Positions 37,350 through 48,419 of a stretch of DNA of 64,000 nt are shown piece after piece (position 1 is the first letter of the stretch; each line of letters opens with the position of its first letter). Under the pieces are notes generated by a model that worked only from the letters and a program-made list of their open reading frames with translations, ran no database searches and was not told the DNA's origin. The stretch is from NCBI GenBank assembly GCA_964016885.1, contig OZ024747.1, positions 35,030,001 through 35,094,000 of the forward strand, in the 5' to 3' direction. Made by a program: the position numbers and the translations under genes. The DNA comes from Eledone cirrhosa. Its lineage: Eukaryota.

Positions 37350-37867
37350 CAGGAAAGAAGGTTTACATGGTTTGCTATACAAAAAAGTTTTTAATCACAT
37401 AGCTTACATTTGTTTCACTGAACTGGTATGTCTAGAGATCGCTATCCGCCTAATTTTGCGTCACTCGATCGCCAATACAGAATTATAACCAGTCAGATCT
37501 TCGGAGCATGCGAGAATGAAGAAAATACACAGGCAAGAAAATAAAAGAAAATATGGAGTAGTTATGGCATTCAATTAGAACAATAAACAACAACAATTAT
37601 TACAACAATGCTATCAATAAACTATTTAAGGAGACCCTGACATTACTTAGGTGGGGGGTATATAATGTATCTAATGTTACGGCGTGAAAACCAGCTGTCA
37701 TAAGGCAAAAAGTATCGTAGTGTGTATCAATTTTAAATTATAAAGATAAGCTAGTTTTTACAGTCTTTCTCTTCATCTTCAACCGTATACATGAGTGGGA
37801 CCACTGTCAAAGCTCAATAGTTGTAGAGTTAATACAGAGGTTAACGAATTAATATACGCATATATCT

Positions 37868-37930
<63 letters not shown>

Positions 37931-38285
37931 AATATAAATACATATACACATATATGTGTACATAGACACATACATACACACTAATATACACTCGTACAAA
38001 AATATACATACATGCAAAGAGGAAAGCGTGCTAATTGTAATATGGCAAAAAGAAGGTAAAGTAACATTGTAGTAGTGAAATGAGAAAAACTAGGATCTAG
38101 GATCAAATGATTGCAGCAGCTGAGAAGGAGTAAGATTGTTGGTAGATGAGGTATTTACAGACTATTGTGTGGTATAGACTTGTGAAGGAAATAGTATACT
38201 TAATGAATATATATATTTTTTTTTTTTTTTTTTTTTTTGTAGGTAGTAGGTATCCTAATTTAAAGCTATGTTATGTTGGTTCGAT

Positions 38286-38735
38286 TCACGGAGGTTTGAA
38301 TCTTATGAATTTAGTGGCTATTCTATGCCTGCAGAAGATAGATCTTTCTAACTTATTATTAAGTAGTCTTTTAACATTTCTAAGGATATACAATAGCTCA
38401 AGATCACACAGCCCGCAATAGGACATACCTGTACTATAGGTTTTAGCAGCCGACAACTTCGACCAGTTGATAGTGTAGCTAGCGTTGCTGTCCTTCAATT
38501 CCCATATTTTTCTGGCGAGGGTGGTGGAACCCATAAGAGCTCGGTTTTTCATCGAGTGCCTGTGCACATACCATCTTTTCTTAAAAGAACCCGCGGTGGA
38601 TCCTATGTAATTCCAAGTGGAGTTACCCGAGATGACAGTGCACATGTACACCAGACTCGAATCGAGACATCTATTCGCCAATGGGCACCTATCTGGTCTG
38701 GTGTACATGTGCACTGTCATCTCGGGTAACTCCAC
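38286..38735 (-). CDS. PLE GIY-YIG endonuclease fragment (left arm)
   Basis: RCPLANRCLDSSLVYMC..NYIGSTAGSFKKRWYVH..CGLCDLE..CRH. Confidence 0.85.
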   Translation of the reverse strand: MELPEMTVHMYTRPDRCPLANRCLDSSLVYMCTVISGNSTWNYIGSTAGSFKKRWYVHRHSMKNRALMGSTTLARKIWELKDSNASYTINWSKLSAAKTYSTGMSYCGLCDLELLYILRNVKRLLNNKLERSIFCRHRIATKFIRFKPP

Positions 38736-39066
38736 TTGGAATTACATAGGATCCACCGCGGGTTCTTTTAAGAAAAGATGGTATGTGCACAGGCACTCGA
38801 TGAAAAACCGAGCTCTTATGGGTTCCACCACCCTCGCCAGAAAAATATGGGAATTGAAGGACAGCAACGCTAGCTACACTATCAACTGGTCGAAGTTGTC
38901 GGCTGCTAAAACCTATAGTACAGGTATGTCCTATTGCGGGCTGTGTGATCTTGAGCTATTGTATATCCTTAGAAATGTTAAAAGACTACTTAATAATAAG
39001 TTAGAAAGATCTATCTTCTGCAGGCATAGAATAGCCACTAAATTCATAAGATTCAAATCTCCGTGA
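38617..39066 (+). CDS. PLE GIY-YIG endonuclease fragment (right arm, mirror ORF)
   Basis: Same peptide from LVYMC onward, differing at one residue near the C-terminus; the N-terminus is antisense-derived. Confidence 0.8.
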   Translation: MELPEMTVHMYTRLESRHLFANGHLSGLVYMCTVISGNSTWNYIGSTAGSFKKRWYVHRHSMKNRALMGSTTLARKIWELKDSNASYTINWSKLSAAKTYSTGMSYCGLCDLELLYILRNVKRLLNNKLERSIFCRHRIATKFIRFKSP

Positions 39067-39113
39067 ATCGAACCAACATAACATAGCTTTAAATTAGGAT
39101 ACCTACTACCTAC

Positions 39114-39145
<32 letters not shown>

Positions 39146-39424
39146 TATTCATTAAGTATACTATTTCCTTCACAAGTCTATACCACACAATAGTCTGTAA
39201 ATACCTCATCTACCAACAATCTTACTCCTTCTCAGCTGCTGCAATCATTTGATCCTAGATCCTAGTTTTTCTCATTTCACTACTACAATGTTACTTTACC
39301 TTCTTTTTGCCATATTACAATTAGCACGCTTTTCTCTTTGCATGTATGTATATTTTTGTACGAGTGTATATTAGTGTGTATGTATGTGTCTATGTACACA
39401 TATATGTGTATATGTATTTATATT

Positions 39425-39491
<67 letters not shown>

Positions 39492-39846
39492 AGATATATG
39501 CGTATATTAATTCGTTAACCTCTGTATTAACTCTACAACTATTGAGCTTTGACAGTGGTCCCACTCATGTATACGGTTGAAGATGAAGAGAAAGACTGTA
39601 AAAACTAGCTTATCTTTATAATTTAAAATTGATACACACTACGATACTTTTTGCCTTATGACAGCTGGTTTTCACGCCGTAACATTAGATACATTATATA
39701 CCCCCCACCTAAGTAATGTCAGGGTCTCCTTAAATAGTTTATTGATAGCATTGTTGTAATAATTGTTGTTGTTTATTGTTCTAATTGAATGCCATAACTA
39801 CTCCATATTTTCTTTTATTTTCTTGCCTGTGTATTTTCTTCATTCT

Positions 39847-39963
39847 CGCATGCTCCGAAGATCTGACTGGTTATAATTCTGTATTGGCGATCGAGTGACG
39901 CAAAATTAGGCGGATAGCGATCTCTAGACATACCAGTTCAGTGAAACAAATGTAAGCTATGTG
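39847..39963 (+). ncRNA. HHR, U4C variant with 81-nt helix II region (mirror copy 37396-37512, minus strand)
   Basis: cgcatgct-CCGAAGA-tctgactggt..accagttcagt-GAAA-caaatg-TA-agctatgtg. Confidence 0.65.
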
Positions 39964-40183
39964 ATTAAAAACTTTTTTGTATAGCAAACCATGTAAACCT
40001 TCTTTCCTGATTTATTATTACTCCAAGGGTTTACAACATAGGAATTACAGCATACCCGCAGCATCACTATGAAAACGCCTTGTTGAGTCAAACCAAGCCA
40101 AGCGTTAATATCATCCACTACCTGGAATACCATAACTGGACTTCACCTAAGTGGACTGCATTTAACTATTATTTGTTAATCCG

Positions 40184-40220
<37 letters not shown>

Positions 40221-40249
40221 TTTTATTTATTTTTTTTTTTTCTAATAAT

Positions 40250-42340
40250 AATAAATTTTGAAGACATAAATCCAAAGAGGGCTCGATAAGGATAAATATA
40301 TATCAAATATATAAGAACCGTAGAGCAAATATTTATTAAAATAACAGATTAAAGTTTAAGCAAAGAATCGCTGCTTTCACCCTTAACGGGATCTTCTGAA
40401 ACTAACAAAGTCAATCTGTAAACGCAGCAGTGGATATTTCAAAAAACGTTGCAACCGGAGGAAGACAGGAAGTCGATACTTTGGTTCGTGGAAACGTTCC
40501 CTGGCAAAGAACGGGAAAAAACGAATATAATACGTCATTAATAGGAGCGGTGAAAAACAATTATGCGCAAAGACAGAACCACGTTTATGGTATAAAAGAG
40601 GTCGTAGACTAATGTTCTCTTAGGTGGTTCATAGAGACGTTCTCTGGCAATGAACGAAAAATACGAAGATAATACGTCATATGTGGAGCGTGGAGAACAA
40701 TTGCACGCAAAGACAAAACCACGTAAAAGGTATAGCAGAAGTCGTAGACTAAAATTCTAACTAGGAGACCGAATGAATCTCTGCTTCAGAGTTAAGAACA
40801 AAGTAAATTAATACAATACAGAAGTAATATAAATTAAATAAATACATACACGCATACAAATACGTACATACACAAGCATACGCGAAAACACTTACCATAG
40901 GTATACAAAACCACGCACATATAAATATGTGTCTGTGTGTATGCGTGTATACAAATAAATAAATAATTAAATAAACGTATATAAATAAATAAATACGTAT
41001 ATAACAAGCGCACACACATACCTACATGTAAATACACAAATGTTCGGAGACGTAAGTCAACCAAAACATGAAGTACACATATACACACACCCTACATACG
41101 TACAAACCTGCACACTCACACAGACGCAAAACTCCCGTATACACATAACCAAACCATATGTACCAGAATGTATAAAATTATACGCAATAACATATACGAT
41201 CAAATATACGTACGAGAAGGTATACGCACCTTCACAAAACATACAGGCAATATATACTTACCTATGCAAATAAGTAATGGTATAAACGAAACATATACTT
41301 AGCTACCACATCAAGACGTAAAATATACACGTATAGATCGTACTATCCGTTAGGGTATAACGTGGGGCTGTAATGCAGGAAATTTTTGTGCAATTTATGT
41401 TTACAAGCCGAAATTGCCTCAGACTTTTTGTTTAAGATGTGGTCTGTGGTGTAGAGTATTTCCAGGGCCTCAGCGGCGCAGAGGTCACATGGTCTTTTAT
41501 TTACGTTATACGATCTAGCCCCAGCTAGGATCTCCCAGTGTTACTTATATTGGGTGTGGTTGTCTTTTAGACTCCAGATATAAGCTGAAAGTGACGTCAT
41601 ATTCCCTCTTAGAGGGTAACGAAAAGAATGGGTATGCATGTAAAGACGCTGCTTGAATCTATTGGTGGTTAACCCTATGTAGGCCCTACGGGACGTGGGT
41701 GTTTCAACCTTACATTTGTAGACAATGTTACTAGAGAGGCATTTCCCGGATAGCGGGCAATCAGCCCGATTCCTACAATTACAGGTAGTACTAACTACAG
41801 GGTTGCACGTGTTCCTACGGCTAGGTAGTTTAGCTAAATTTGAAGCTGTGATGTTATGTGCAAGGTTAGGAGTCGTAGAGTAAGACATTTTAATAGTATT
41901 TCTATTAAAAGTTTTACTATATTTATGTGTAGGGGGAAAATGCTTCGTAATAAGGGAAAGAAAGATCTTAGATAATGGTGTGGCCACCTCCATAGTATAT
42001 GGTGGGTCATACCAACAAATGCGACGGGATCTATTTCTTCTAGGTCTATTTTCGTACTCTGTATATGCTACCTTATCGACAAATCCACTCCGAGCAAGAG
42101 CTTCATTGTAATAAGTGGAATGGTCGTTGAAAATATGCTCGTTAGTAGATAGACGGGAAAGCCTCAACGAAACGTTTCTTACCAGGTTCTTGGTTATACT
42201 GGCAGGATGGTTGGAATGCTTACTTATGTAATTAAGCGTATCATTCGGCTTTCTATACGGGTAATACCACACATTCAATAAATTGAGGGTAACGTCGAGG
42301 TAATTAACGACCGAGAGATTAGCCTCAACCTGTATTCTAC
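40250..42340 (-). mobile_element. 5'-truncated PLE (Naiad-like): RT thumb and GIY-YIG (41345-42340), 3' UTR, HHR at 40353-40403
   Basis: VNYLDVTL, YPYRKPN, SNHP, WYDPP, CNCRNRADCPLSGKC, YIGLTTNRFKQR; CDLCAAE follows the stop. Confidence 0.92.
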
Positions 42341-44128
42341 TTCTATGTATCCATGTATTTCTACTCCTCCTACTGAGACTTTTGCTCACTTCTACCCATT
42401 AGCACACGACACTAGAATGTCTCCCCCTGAGAACAAAAATAAATATTACCCGACTATATCCCTTACTCTACATACCACTAGGATAACTTATAGAACATCT
42501 ACATAATACAATTAACGTTTCTTCATAAAAGACTCTCTTTAACTAAACCCCGCAACCCAAAACCTTAAAACAGTTTTTTAAATGTTTAATTTTCAATTTT
42601 CTATTTGTTCAATTCTCAATCTTCTTACTCTTTAATTTTATGATGTTATTCTGAATTCTTTCAACTTCATCCTATAAATGTAAACAATATTTTAACGTTC
42701 CAACTTTCTGTCAGACTGTTGGATTGGTTTTCATGGCGGCGGGACCGGCCCCCTGGCGCATAGGCCTACCTTGAGTGCTTGGAAAAATAAATTTCCCCTT
42801 CTTTCGGTAAATGAAACTACTCGGAGTGGCTTGATTCACCCCAGGGGCCCGGCATGCAGCCGGTTTTTTAACCGCCATATAGTACCTTTAAATTACAGAT
42901 CAAATCAGAACTATTAGATATATCACGCCTCCCTTTACTTAAGCAAATCCCCCTCCTGGGTAAAGGAATATTACTGGTTTTGTACAAAAATGGCCTAACG
43001 ATGCGGGCTGACTTCCTGCTGGCGCACCTGAAGCCTGTTATACATTCCTAGAGTGCTCGTTAAAATCGATGTCCATATCTTTCGCTAGGCGATATCACTC
43101 GGAGTGATGGGCTGCTCAAGCTTGTAGTCGCCGCATGCTGTTTGACGGCTAAACAAAGACATAATCTTTACTCTATAATAAAATTTAAGTGTCTTCATAA
43201 AAAACTCTTTCTTTGCTTAAACCTCACAACCTTAAACATGTTAAACTATTTAACTTTAAATTTTCTAATTTCTTTAATTTTATAATGTTAATATTAAATA
43301 TTAATTTTTTAACTTCATCCTATAAGTCTAAACAAAAATGTAACGTTCCAATCTTCTGCTCACACATTGACCCCCACTATATTGACCTCTGCTAAGATAC
43401 GGGTCCCTTTGAAAATATTTTGTTCGCGCCATTCCTGGCCTGACTATAGTCTGACATTAATATCGACCTTCCTCCCTCTTTCTTTCTATCTTTCTTCTTG
43501 TAGCCATCAACCCTGACTTTCTGCTTCTTCCTTTTCTGCCTTCTCTTCTCCCTTATTTCTGTTTTTCTCCTTGTGGCATGATATTAACGCTGACTTATCT
43601 TACTTCCCCTTTTTCTTTGCCTATATTTGACCGGTAGTAGTTGTTAAGATACGTGTCCCATAGAATAAAAAGAATTTCGCGACATTCCCGGCCTGACTGT
43701 AATACCGACCTTTCCTCCTCTTTCTTTCTGTCTTTCTTCTTATAGCTGACATTAACCTGGCTTCTCTTCTTCTTCCTTCCCCCTTCTTCTCTCTTCTTTC
43801 TTTCTTTCTTTCTTTTTTTTTTTGTGGCATGATATTAACGCTAACTTATGTTCCTATCCCTTTCTGTTTTCCTTTATTTGACCGGTAGTAGCACACTATA
43901 AGCTTTAGCCACGTCACTCCAGGGCGACCGGCAAATGTAGAAGATGCTGGATGGCGGTCGTCCTCGGGTCTCTGATTTTCAGCCCCATGGATTTTATCTA
44001 TTACATTCGCTTATTATATTTCGGATACCTGATGATATCACCGGATTCATACGTAACCCCGTCATTGAAATGATCATAGTATAATAAACCTTTCAAGGAT
44101 TTACACAAATCCAACCTCCTGTCATTTC
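42341..44128 (+). mobile_element. Family C non-coding element (second copy) ending in a complete HHR
   Basis: Homologous to ~12700-14015. Internal ~250-bp tandem duplication at 43394-43890. Confidence 0.7.
44025..44082 (+). ncRNA. Type I HHR of family C
   Basis: atac-CTGATGA-(31 nt)-GAAA-tgatca-TA-gtat; palindromic helix III. Confidence 0.7.
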
Positions 44129-44130
44129 AT

Positions 44131-44196
<66 letters not shown>

Positions 44197-44199
<3 letters not shown>

Positions 44200-45770
44200 T
44201 AATAAAAACAATGAAATAAAAACAAAGAACAGGTTTCTTATATTGATAAATTCATCATTTTACAATTGTTTCTGGGATATATATGTGTGTGTGTAGGTAT
44301 GCATATCATGTTAAAGATCTATGTAAAAAATTTACAAATTATCCGATGAGATCAACATACCTTCACATATACATGCAATCTTCAGAAATTTTGAATTATG
44401 CTTATTGAAAGTATTAATATAAAAAGTCTGTTTGGGAACAGATTTTGAATTGATCAATAGAAAAGAGTTAGAGGTCAAGTGGAAAGAATGTCAGTCGTAG
44501 AATTTAATGCAAGGAGTGGAGGAATGTAAATTTATGCTTTGAAAGAGAAGAATACAATAGAGATAGGGGTTAAAATGAGATCAAATCAAGAAGATAGTGA
44601 AGGATTCTCAAAAAATTGATGTTATTAAAGAATGCTGTTAAAATCGACGGGAAAACATATTTTTGGGGGCTAAGAGTGTTAATGAGAAATACTAATCCTA
44701 TTTAAAGTTCAATGAAACTAGATACATAAAAGGAAATTATATTAATTGATATGTATACTTACAGAGTTAAAATTATATTAATTCTTATGAATGTGATAAA
44801 TAAAGAAGTAAAATGATTTTAAAATAAAATATATATATAGAAAAACTGAATTAGATCAAATTTTATAAAAAGTAGTGTATCCTTCTAAGTATCCAAATAT
44901 TAAAGATAATAATTATATTTAATAATCCTAGGTGTTAAACGTGATGAATAGGGGATGCGGTAAAAAGAAGTAGTAAGGTTAAATATAACATTAGGTAAAT
45001 AGAGCTGTAAGAGGGAAATAAAATTATGAAATTCTCTGTAGTAAAATTATAATTACAGGTTAATATAATTTTAACTCTGTAATTATACCTATCTATTAAT
45101 TTAATTTCCTTGCATGAATCTAGTTTCATTGAACTTTAAATAGGATTAGTATTTCTCATTAACACTCTTACCCCAAAACATCTTATTTTTCTTTCGATTT
45201 TAACAGCATTCTTTAATAATATCAATTTTTTTAGAATCCTTCACTATCATCTTGATTTGACCTCATTTTAACCCCTATCTCTATTGTAATCTTCTCATTC
45301 AAAGCATAAATTTACATTCCTCCACTCCTTGCATTAAATTCTACTACTGTCATTCATTCCATTTGACCTCTAACTCTTTTCTATTGGTCAATTCAAAACC
45401 TGTTCCCAAACAGACTTTTTATATTAATACTTTCAATAAACCTAATTCATCATTTCTGAAGATGACATGCATATGTGAAGGTATATTTATCTCCTCGGAT
45501 AATTTGTAATTTTCTTACATAGATCTTTAACATGATATACATACCAAGACACACATATATATCCCAGAAACGATCGTAAAATGATGAATCTTTCAATATA
45601 TTGTTTTTATTTCATTGTTTTTATTAATTTATCTTGACTCTGTTTCCCTATGATTTTTATCGTTGATTTTTGAATGCATTTTCTCTTTTCATGATATCTT
45701 CTATATTTGGATTACATTGAGTTCTTCATACGGATTGGACACTACCGTTTTATTTTGCTAGATTTATCTA
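44197..45770 (+). mobile_element. Non-coding fold-back PLE-terminus element (arms 44197-44781 and 45060-45630, tail to ~45770)
   Basis: ~580-bp diverged inverted arms, each with an HHR; flanked by (TA)n. Confidence 0.8.
45446..45588 (+). ncRNA. Type I HHR with 104-nt helix II region (mirror copy 44251-44395, minus strand)
   Basis: ttcatcattt-CTGAAGA-..-GAAA-cgatcg-TA-aaatgatgaa; the mirror copy has caattg. Confidence 0.75.
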
Positions 45771-45784
45771 CACACACACACAGA

Positions 45785-45867
<83 letters not shown>

Positions 45868-46034
45868 TTTATTTTTATTTTTATTTTTATTTTTATCCCT
45901 TAACCTTTATATGTAAATTGGCATGCTATATCATTATGATGGATGTCATCCCAATGTGGGTCAATATATGCATATGTTTTTATATGTCTCTTGTTTTGAA
46001 AAGGAGGCCAAGTATGTTATAGATCACTAAATAG

Positions 46035-46083
46035 TTGCTCCGAAGAATCCAAACCTCGGTTTGGAGGAAACAATTGTAAGCAA
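46035..46083 (+). ncRNA. Minimal HHR, U4C variant
   Basis: ttgct-CCGAAGA-a tccaaacc tc ggtttgga g-GAAA-caattg-TA-agcaa. Confidence 0.7.
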
Positions 46084-46114
46084 ATAAATGATTTAAACTG
46101 AACTTTGATTATTG

Positions 46115-46226
<112 letters not shown>

Positions 46227-46371
46227 GAAGCAAGGAGTGCGGAAAGCGTACGGTTTACTTCTTTTAATCCAGTTAGTAAAATAAGTTGGATTACTTTAAA
46301 TAAATAACGAATGAATATTACATCATTTATCTACTAAATTTCGTAACAGATATTTAAACGTATATTAAAAA

Positions 46372-46466
46372 TAACTTTGCCTTTCATCCTTACGGGGTCG
46401 ACAAAATAAAGTACCAGTAATGCACTGGGATAATTGCTGGCCGTGTGCCAAAAGTAGAAACAATTA
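46372..46466 (+). mobile_element. SINE 3' half
   Basis: aactttgcctttcatccttacggggtcga..gtagaaacaatt. Confidence 0.85.
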
Positions 46467-46759
46467 TTGCATAGTTCAAGATTCACTTCTTTTAAAAGAT
46501 TCAAATTTCAATAATTCCGGTATATCTACACTATATATATATATAGAGAGAGAGAGTGAAAGAGAAACATGAAGCGATTTGGATTTGTTTCAACAAACTG
46601 CTGTGCATATGTGTACGTGTGTGTCTGTTGTTCTTGAATTTTAAACAATTGTTAGAGCGAGAAAGAGAGATGTATGTGTGAGAATATATAAAGAGAGAGA
46701 TCCGTGTAGAATGACTGTGACAGATATATATATATACATTATATGAACATTAATCAGTA

Positions 46760-47070
46760 TACACTGAGGATGAAAAACTCAGAGCTGTATGGGAGCATCC
46801 CAAAAGTCAGCTCAAAAGTGAAACAGAGGAGACTGAGGTTAGCTGGACATGTTCACCGACATCCAGAGTTTACATTGCACTCAGTGCTCCTTTGGGAGCC
46901 CCTACATGGACACACTAGAAGAGAAAGACCAAGGTTAACGTTTATTGATGCCCTAAGGACAGACACTGGTCTGTTGGAGACGCAGGACATGGCAGCGATA
47001 ATGAGGGACAGAGACCGCTGGAGAGAACTCGTCCATGGATCTCGGGAATTTTACCCGCCTTAGATAGATA
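46760..47070 (+). pseudogene. RTE-group LINE 3' end
   Basis: NSELYG..VKQRRLRLAGHVHRH..LLWEP..RPRLTFIDAL..DRDRWR; short (TAGA) tail. Confidence 0.85.
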
Positions 47071-47081
47071 TATATATATAT

Positions 47082-47205
47082 ACGTGTCCCAACGACTTTC
47101 TTTAGGCGTTGCTCACACCAACCGGAGGTATATGGTCTTTAAAGCGAAGAAATACCGATGATGGTTGGAAGATCACTGATGAAGGACCACTTTATTCATA
47201 TGTAT
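47082..47205 (+). mobile_element. Family A fragment with core-intact rearranged HHR at 47118-47199
   Basis: ccaacc gg aggtaTA tggtctt taaagcgaa GAAAtacc gatgat ggttgg aagatca CTGATGA. Confidence 0.75.
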
Positions 47206-47271
47206 ACATACATATACATGGTTTCCAAACGCGTCTTGCTACCAACACTGTTGTTATGACTACCTCATACT

Positions 47272-47402
<131 letters not shown>

Positions 47403-47407
47403 GTATG

Positions 47408-47463
<56 letters not shown>

Positions 47464-47498
47464 AAAGAATGGAGGTGTAACACACGAGTTGTGATATA

Positions 47499-47877
47499 TT
47501 AGTAAAAGGAAAAGAAAATACTAACACAGTTTTCCCAGTGAAAAATAGTTTAATTAGGAATAAGTAAAAATTAGTAATAAGTACTAGTTAGTAATCAGTT
47601 TTAGTTTTAAGTTATTACCGGTTGCGCATTTCTAATGCTTTTCAAAAATAATTGTGAGATAGAGCGCCCGTGATGTTTTCTCTAATCAGATTAGAGCAAA
47701 CATCAGGGGCGCTCTATCTCAAAATTATTTTTGAAAAGCATTAGAAATGCGCAACCGGTAAAAACTTAAACCTAAAACTGATTACTAACTAGTACTTATT
47801 ACTAATTTTTACTTATTCCTAATTAAACTATTTTTCAGTGGGAACAATTAGTCAGCCTTTTCTTTTCCTTTTACTAA
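47499..47877. repeat. 379-bp palindrome (fold-back element)
   Basis: Centre ctctaatc-a-gattagag at 47688; lies between (TA)n tracts. Confidence 0.9.
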
Positions 47878-47883
47878 CATTTA

Positions 47884-47955
<72 letters not shown>

Positions 47956-48419
47956 TATATATCTGGCGTATGAAATAGCAGATTATACATCGTTCTTGCA
48001 TAACGTTCATAATATTTCGCATCTCATTTATTTTAAATATACATTTATTTCAAAGATTTCTTTTCCCCGTTTCTTCGTGCGTCAGCTATATATATATATT
48101 TATATTTTTGGTTTTAACATACTTTTATTTCTGAGATTTCAGGCGCAGAGATAACATATATTTATAGATACATGACAGAAAGTGAGCATGGGACGCTGAA
48201 AACATTTTTCATCTAAATCCCAAAGCATGGCAGCAAACGCACTATGACAAAGAGAGATGAGGGCAAATCAATCAAACAATAGTCGCTCTACAACATCCCA
48301 ACAAATTTCTACAAATGTAATTCAGTTGACAGACCAACAACAACTTGCAACAAATACACCAACGTTTAGAGAGGAACGAACAGGTCAATTGAAGGTCTGG
48401 CAAAGAATCCTACAGATGA

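Larger units (their letters stand above)
37345..40182. mobile_element. Young 2.67-kb palindromic PLE (GIY-YIG and 3' region in both orientations) plus ~170-bp tail
   Basis: 37345-38656 is the reverse complement of 38696-40014. Only two substitutions plus microsatellite length changes were noticed. Spacer is 39 nt. Confidence 0.95.

Noticed and set aside
38286-42340. Selenocysteine recoding as described for some Naiad PLEs
   Set aside because: The conserved Cys positions visible here use Cys codons, and no convincing SECIS was seen.
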